Source of the DNA: Eledone cirrhosa
Lineage: Eukaryota
Assembly (NCBI GenBank): GCA_964016885.1
Contig: OZ024743.1
Span: 155,372,001-155,436,000, forward strand
Length of the DNA stretch: 64,000 bases
Direction: 5' to 3'
Numbering within the stretch: the stretch's first letter is position 1; the number at the start of each line of letters is the position of its first letter. Of the stretch, positions 61,224-64,000 are shown in pieces. A program made the position numbers and the translations under genes. The notes under the pieces were generated by a model, which was not told where the DNA came from, did not search any database, and saw nothing but the letters and a program-made list of their open reading frames with translations.

Positions 61224-63020
61224 CAGTGGCGTAGCTAGGGTAAACGGCGCCCAGGGCAAGCATCAACAGTGCGCCCCACCCCTCACCCCCAACAACAAGT
61301 CAAGATCCACAAAGACGAAATTGCGGTAGAATTTAAAATAAAATAACAAAAAACGGTTACAACTTGATTTTTCGGGCTTTTAATGAGGCAAACTGGGTGA
61401 TCATTTCCTCGAAATCAGTTCGTTCAAACTCTTCGTTTTCTACACTCAAAAGGGCGAGGTCAGTCAGCCGTTGCTGGCCCATTGAGGTTCGCAAGGACGA
61501 ATGTATTAGCTTCAGCTTGCTGAACAACCTCTCGCAACTGGCAATTAAAATAGAAATCGTCAACATTATTTGAAAGGGCGGTGGATTGGCAGTATCGGTA
61601 GAGGATCGGACGCCATGCTTTGATGCATAGAGTTACGGCCCTTGCCATTCTGAGTTCAAATCCCGTAAAGGTTAACTTTGATTTTCATCCTTACGGGGTC
61701 GATAAAATAAAGTACCAGTAATGTACTGGGTAATTGCTGGCCTTGTGCTAATAGTAGAAACAATTATTTGAATGCTGATTCGCAATTTGGGAAAAACACA
61801 CTTTCGCCGTCGAATCAATCAGCAGACCATAGTATCTTGCTTTTGGGATACGATTTAGTAAACTTTGACGAATTGTGGAGGCCATGATGTGGATGAACTA
61901 ATTTTGTATATCTGGCGAAAGAAAGGACGTTGACGCAGGATGTATTTCTACATGATTGAGGTGCTCTTTCGTGACAGAGTCAAAGGTAGCAAGCAGTTTA
62001 AGCAATCCTTTTAAATGTCCGACGTTGAGCTCGTCCTTTAGCTGAAGTGACTCTCTGTGTCCTCTTAAAGGTAGATTATGAGTCGCTAAGAATTTGATAC
62101 AGTGGAAAATTCTAGTTAAAATATCGCGCCACTTCTGTCTTTCATTTTTTATCTGTAACTGAAATTCCGCGTCATTAAGCCCGTCATTTACTGCGACTTT
62201 TCTCCCCATTTCTTTCCGTAGTGTAAATCATTCACGATGATTCTTAGAATTTTCGCGACTCCGCATTCTTTCTGGTCCTTTCCAGTTATTAATCCCGCAT
62301 TCTTGCTCTAACGACGATTGATGCTCTGATCGCGAAAAGAGAAGACAGCCTATGAAGAAGGCGGACTTTTTTGAAGGAGAGTAAGAAAGCCATGAGCGAT
62401 TTACTTCCTCACCACGACCATTTCCTAGTTTTCTCTTGAACCAACTCTTGTTCATTGCCCGTTTATTTGTATAGTAAAAAGGGCCTTCAATATTTTGAAA
62501 GTATTTCCAGCCCAGTGATAATATCTCCATTCTCTGCGTGTCAGAGAGAATTGCTTTCCCGATAGTCATCTTGAATTTCAATAGACCGATATCACGTTGC
62601 TCAATAACGTCCTGCATTCCATTTAAAGGTTTCTCAAATTCAATAAATATGTTCCTCTCAGTTCCACATGGCATCGTTTCAGCGTTAACCTTGATACCAT
62701 CGGCTTCACAGCAACATTCTCCCTCTGATCCAGATGTACAACGATCTCTTTAACAATTTCACTTTCCACCTCTTTCGGCTTTAATTGACTTGATGTGAAT
62801 TCATTATCGTCAGATGCGCTTGTATTCATTACTCCTTCCGCTTCAAATATGTTAGTAAACGGCTCATACGTCTCCGTAAAATTTGCGGAGCAACATGGTT
62901 CAGGCCTTGCGAAATAGGACAGCATCATCTGGCTTGACTTCTTGGCTTCTTCTGCCTCCAGCTTGCTCCTCTTCCGTCCTTCAGCTCCACATTCCTTTTT
63001 GCCGATAAAACGTTTCGTTT
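61224..63020 (-). mobile_element. Internally deleted hAT (Tip100/ZMYM1-like) DNA transposon
   Basis: Terminus CAGTGGCGTAGC at 61224. TTF-type finger RSWLSYSPSKKSAF..C. DUF4371-like IKFLATHNLPLRGHRE, LSPDIQN, YYGLLIDST. C-terminal dimerisation motif SCERLFSKLKLI..LRTSMGQQRLTDLALLSVE. Other terminus not identified. Confidence 0.88.
61575..61768 (+). mobile_element. SINE inside the hAT transposase, 10-bp TSD
   Basis: attatttgaa at 61565-61574 and 61763-61772. Confidence 0.92.
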
Positions 63021-64000
63021 ATGCGGTGACAATAACATACAAAGTCTGAAAATGGAAATAAATCATGAGTGTACATTTTAACTATTTTAGTACAACGTAT
63101 TTAGCAATCCAACTTCGGTGTTAACTTTATTATATAAACCAGTGACAGACATTAGTAATCAACAGTGTATCAAGAATTTAAAATCATATTCGAAAAATTC
63201 GTTTTCAGTTCATTCCACAACAGTTTTTTAATTATAAACTGCAAAAAGTCAAATCTAAACTTCTTATATTAGCTTATGTAAATCAGAGCTAATCCCACAT
63301 TCTGCGCTGATATGGCAATATTGACTTAATTTTGTGCAAACATCACAAGGGATGCAGGACTCAATCTTGGGATGAAGCAGTATACGTCTGTAGTGATTTA
63401 GTGGAACTCTCTTGCCTTGTAACTAGGCCGTGCATAGTTATCTTCCCGTGGCTCCAACGTCACGGCGTCCCCTTTCCAACTCAGCCTTGGTGCTGAGCGG
63501 ACGCAGATGGCGTTTGCTCTGTCCGTACGCACGTGATGGGATCCCCACCATGGGACCGCACGTGCCGATCATTTAAATCCTCATTAGGACTTAACACACA
63601 CAGGTATGAATTTGATTATATGTAACATAAACATTCAACTTAGCACACTAATAAACGTATTCATTTATACATCGTTGATAATCTCTGCTGTCTCCTTTAT
63701 TCATTCATATACAAATGCAAAACCAATTAACATCTTTATCCAGTGAACTGTAACTGCATACATCACACGAAGCCTTTCATCAAAACATTTATATTATATT
63801 ATAAAAGAAAACATTGAACCATCTAAGCTGGAGTCAAATTGAATTCCTAATAGAAGCTATATGATCCTATCTGGTCATTTGGATTATGATACCTACTCTA
63901 TAGGTCTCATGTACCAGTTGTAAAAGACAAACTACTCTGTTTTGTAAACCAGCTTCATAATTATAATTATCTTGTATTGGTCATTGCAATGCATTGCTAA

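Noticed and set aside
61357-62928. Host gene ZMYM1/PRKRIR-like
   Set aside because: Frameshifts, an internal deletion, a SINE insertion and a transposon terminus indicate a decayed hAT element.

Overview
Eukaryotic, AT-rich, transposon-saturated region with no recognisable host gene. The tRNA-derived SINE resembles the abundant octopus/coleoid cephalopod SINE, but that taxon is an inference. The first ~19 kb is a nest of non-LTR retrotransposons inserted in (TAA)n tracts: two R4/Dong-like families (one copy with an intact 1130-aa RT+RLE ORF), Tx1/L1-like remnants and an RTE fragment. The stretch from ~19.9 to 55.7 kb is dominated by Penelope-like elements (PLEs; several Hydra-type, one Neptune-type) and ORF-less derivatives, nearly all embedded in (TA)n and often arranged as inverted repeats. 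Folding these by eye reveals many type-I hammerhead ribozyme (HHR) motifs from about ten different families. Several have greatly expanded stem II or non-canonical cores (CCGAUGA, CUGAGAA). One sits on both strands of a near-perfect 370-bp palindrome, and one punctuates a ~540-bp ORF-less tandem unit that looks like a retrozyme/circular-RNA-forming element. The SINE 3' tail matches the 3' end of the Tx1-like LINEs, suggesting a SINE-LINE partnership. The right end holds a probable Helitron end, a 5'-truncated Gypsy element with its 3' LTR, and an internally deleted hAT transposon. All RNA folds were done manually and none were computed; ribozyme activity is untested.
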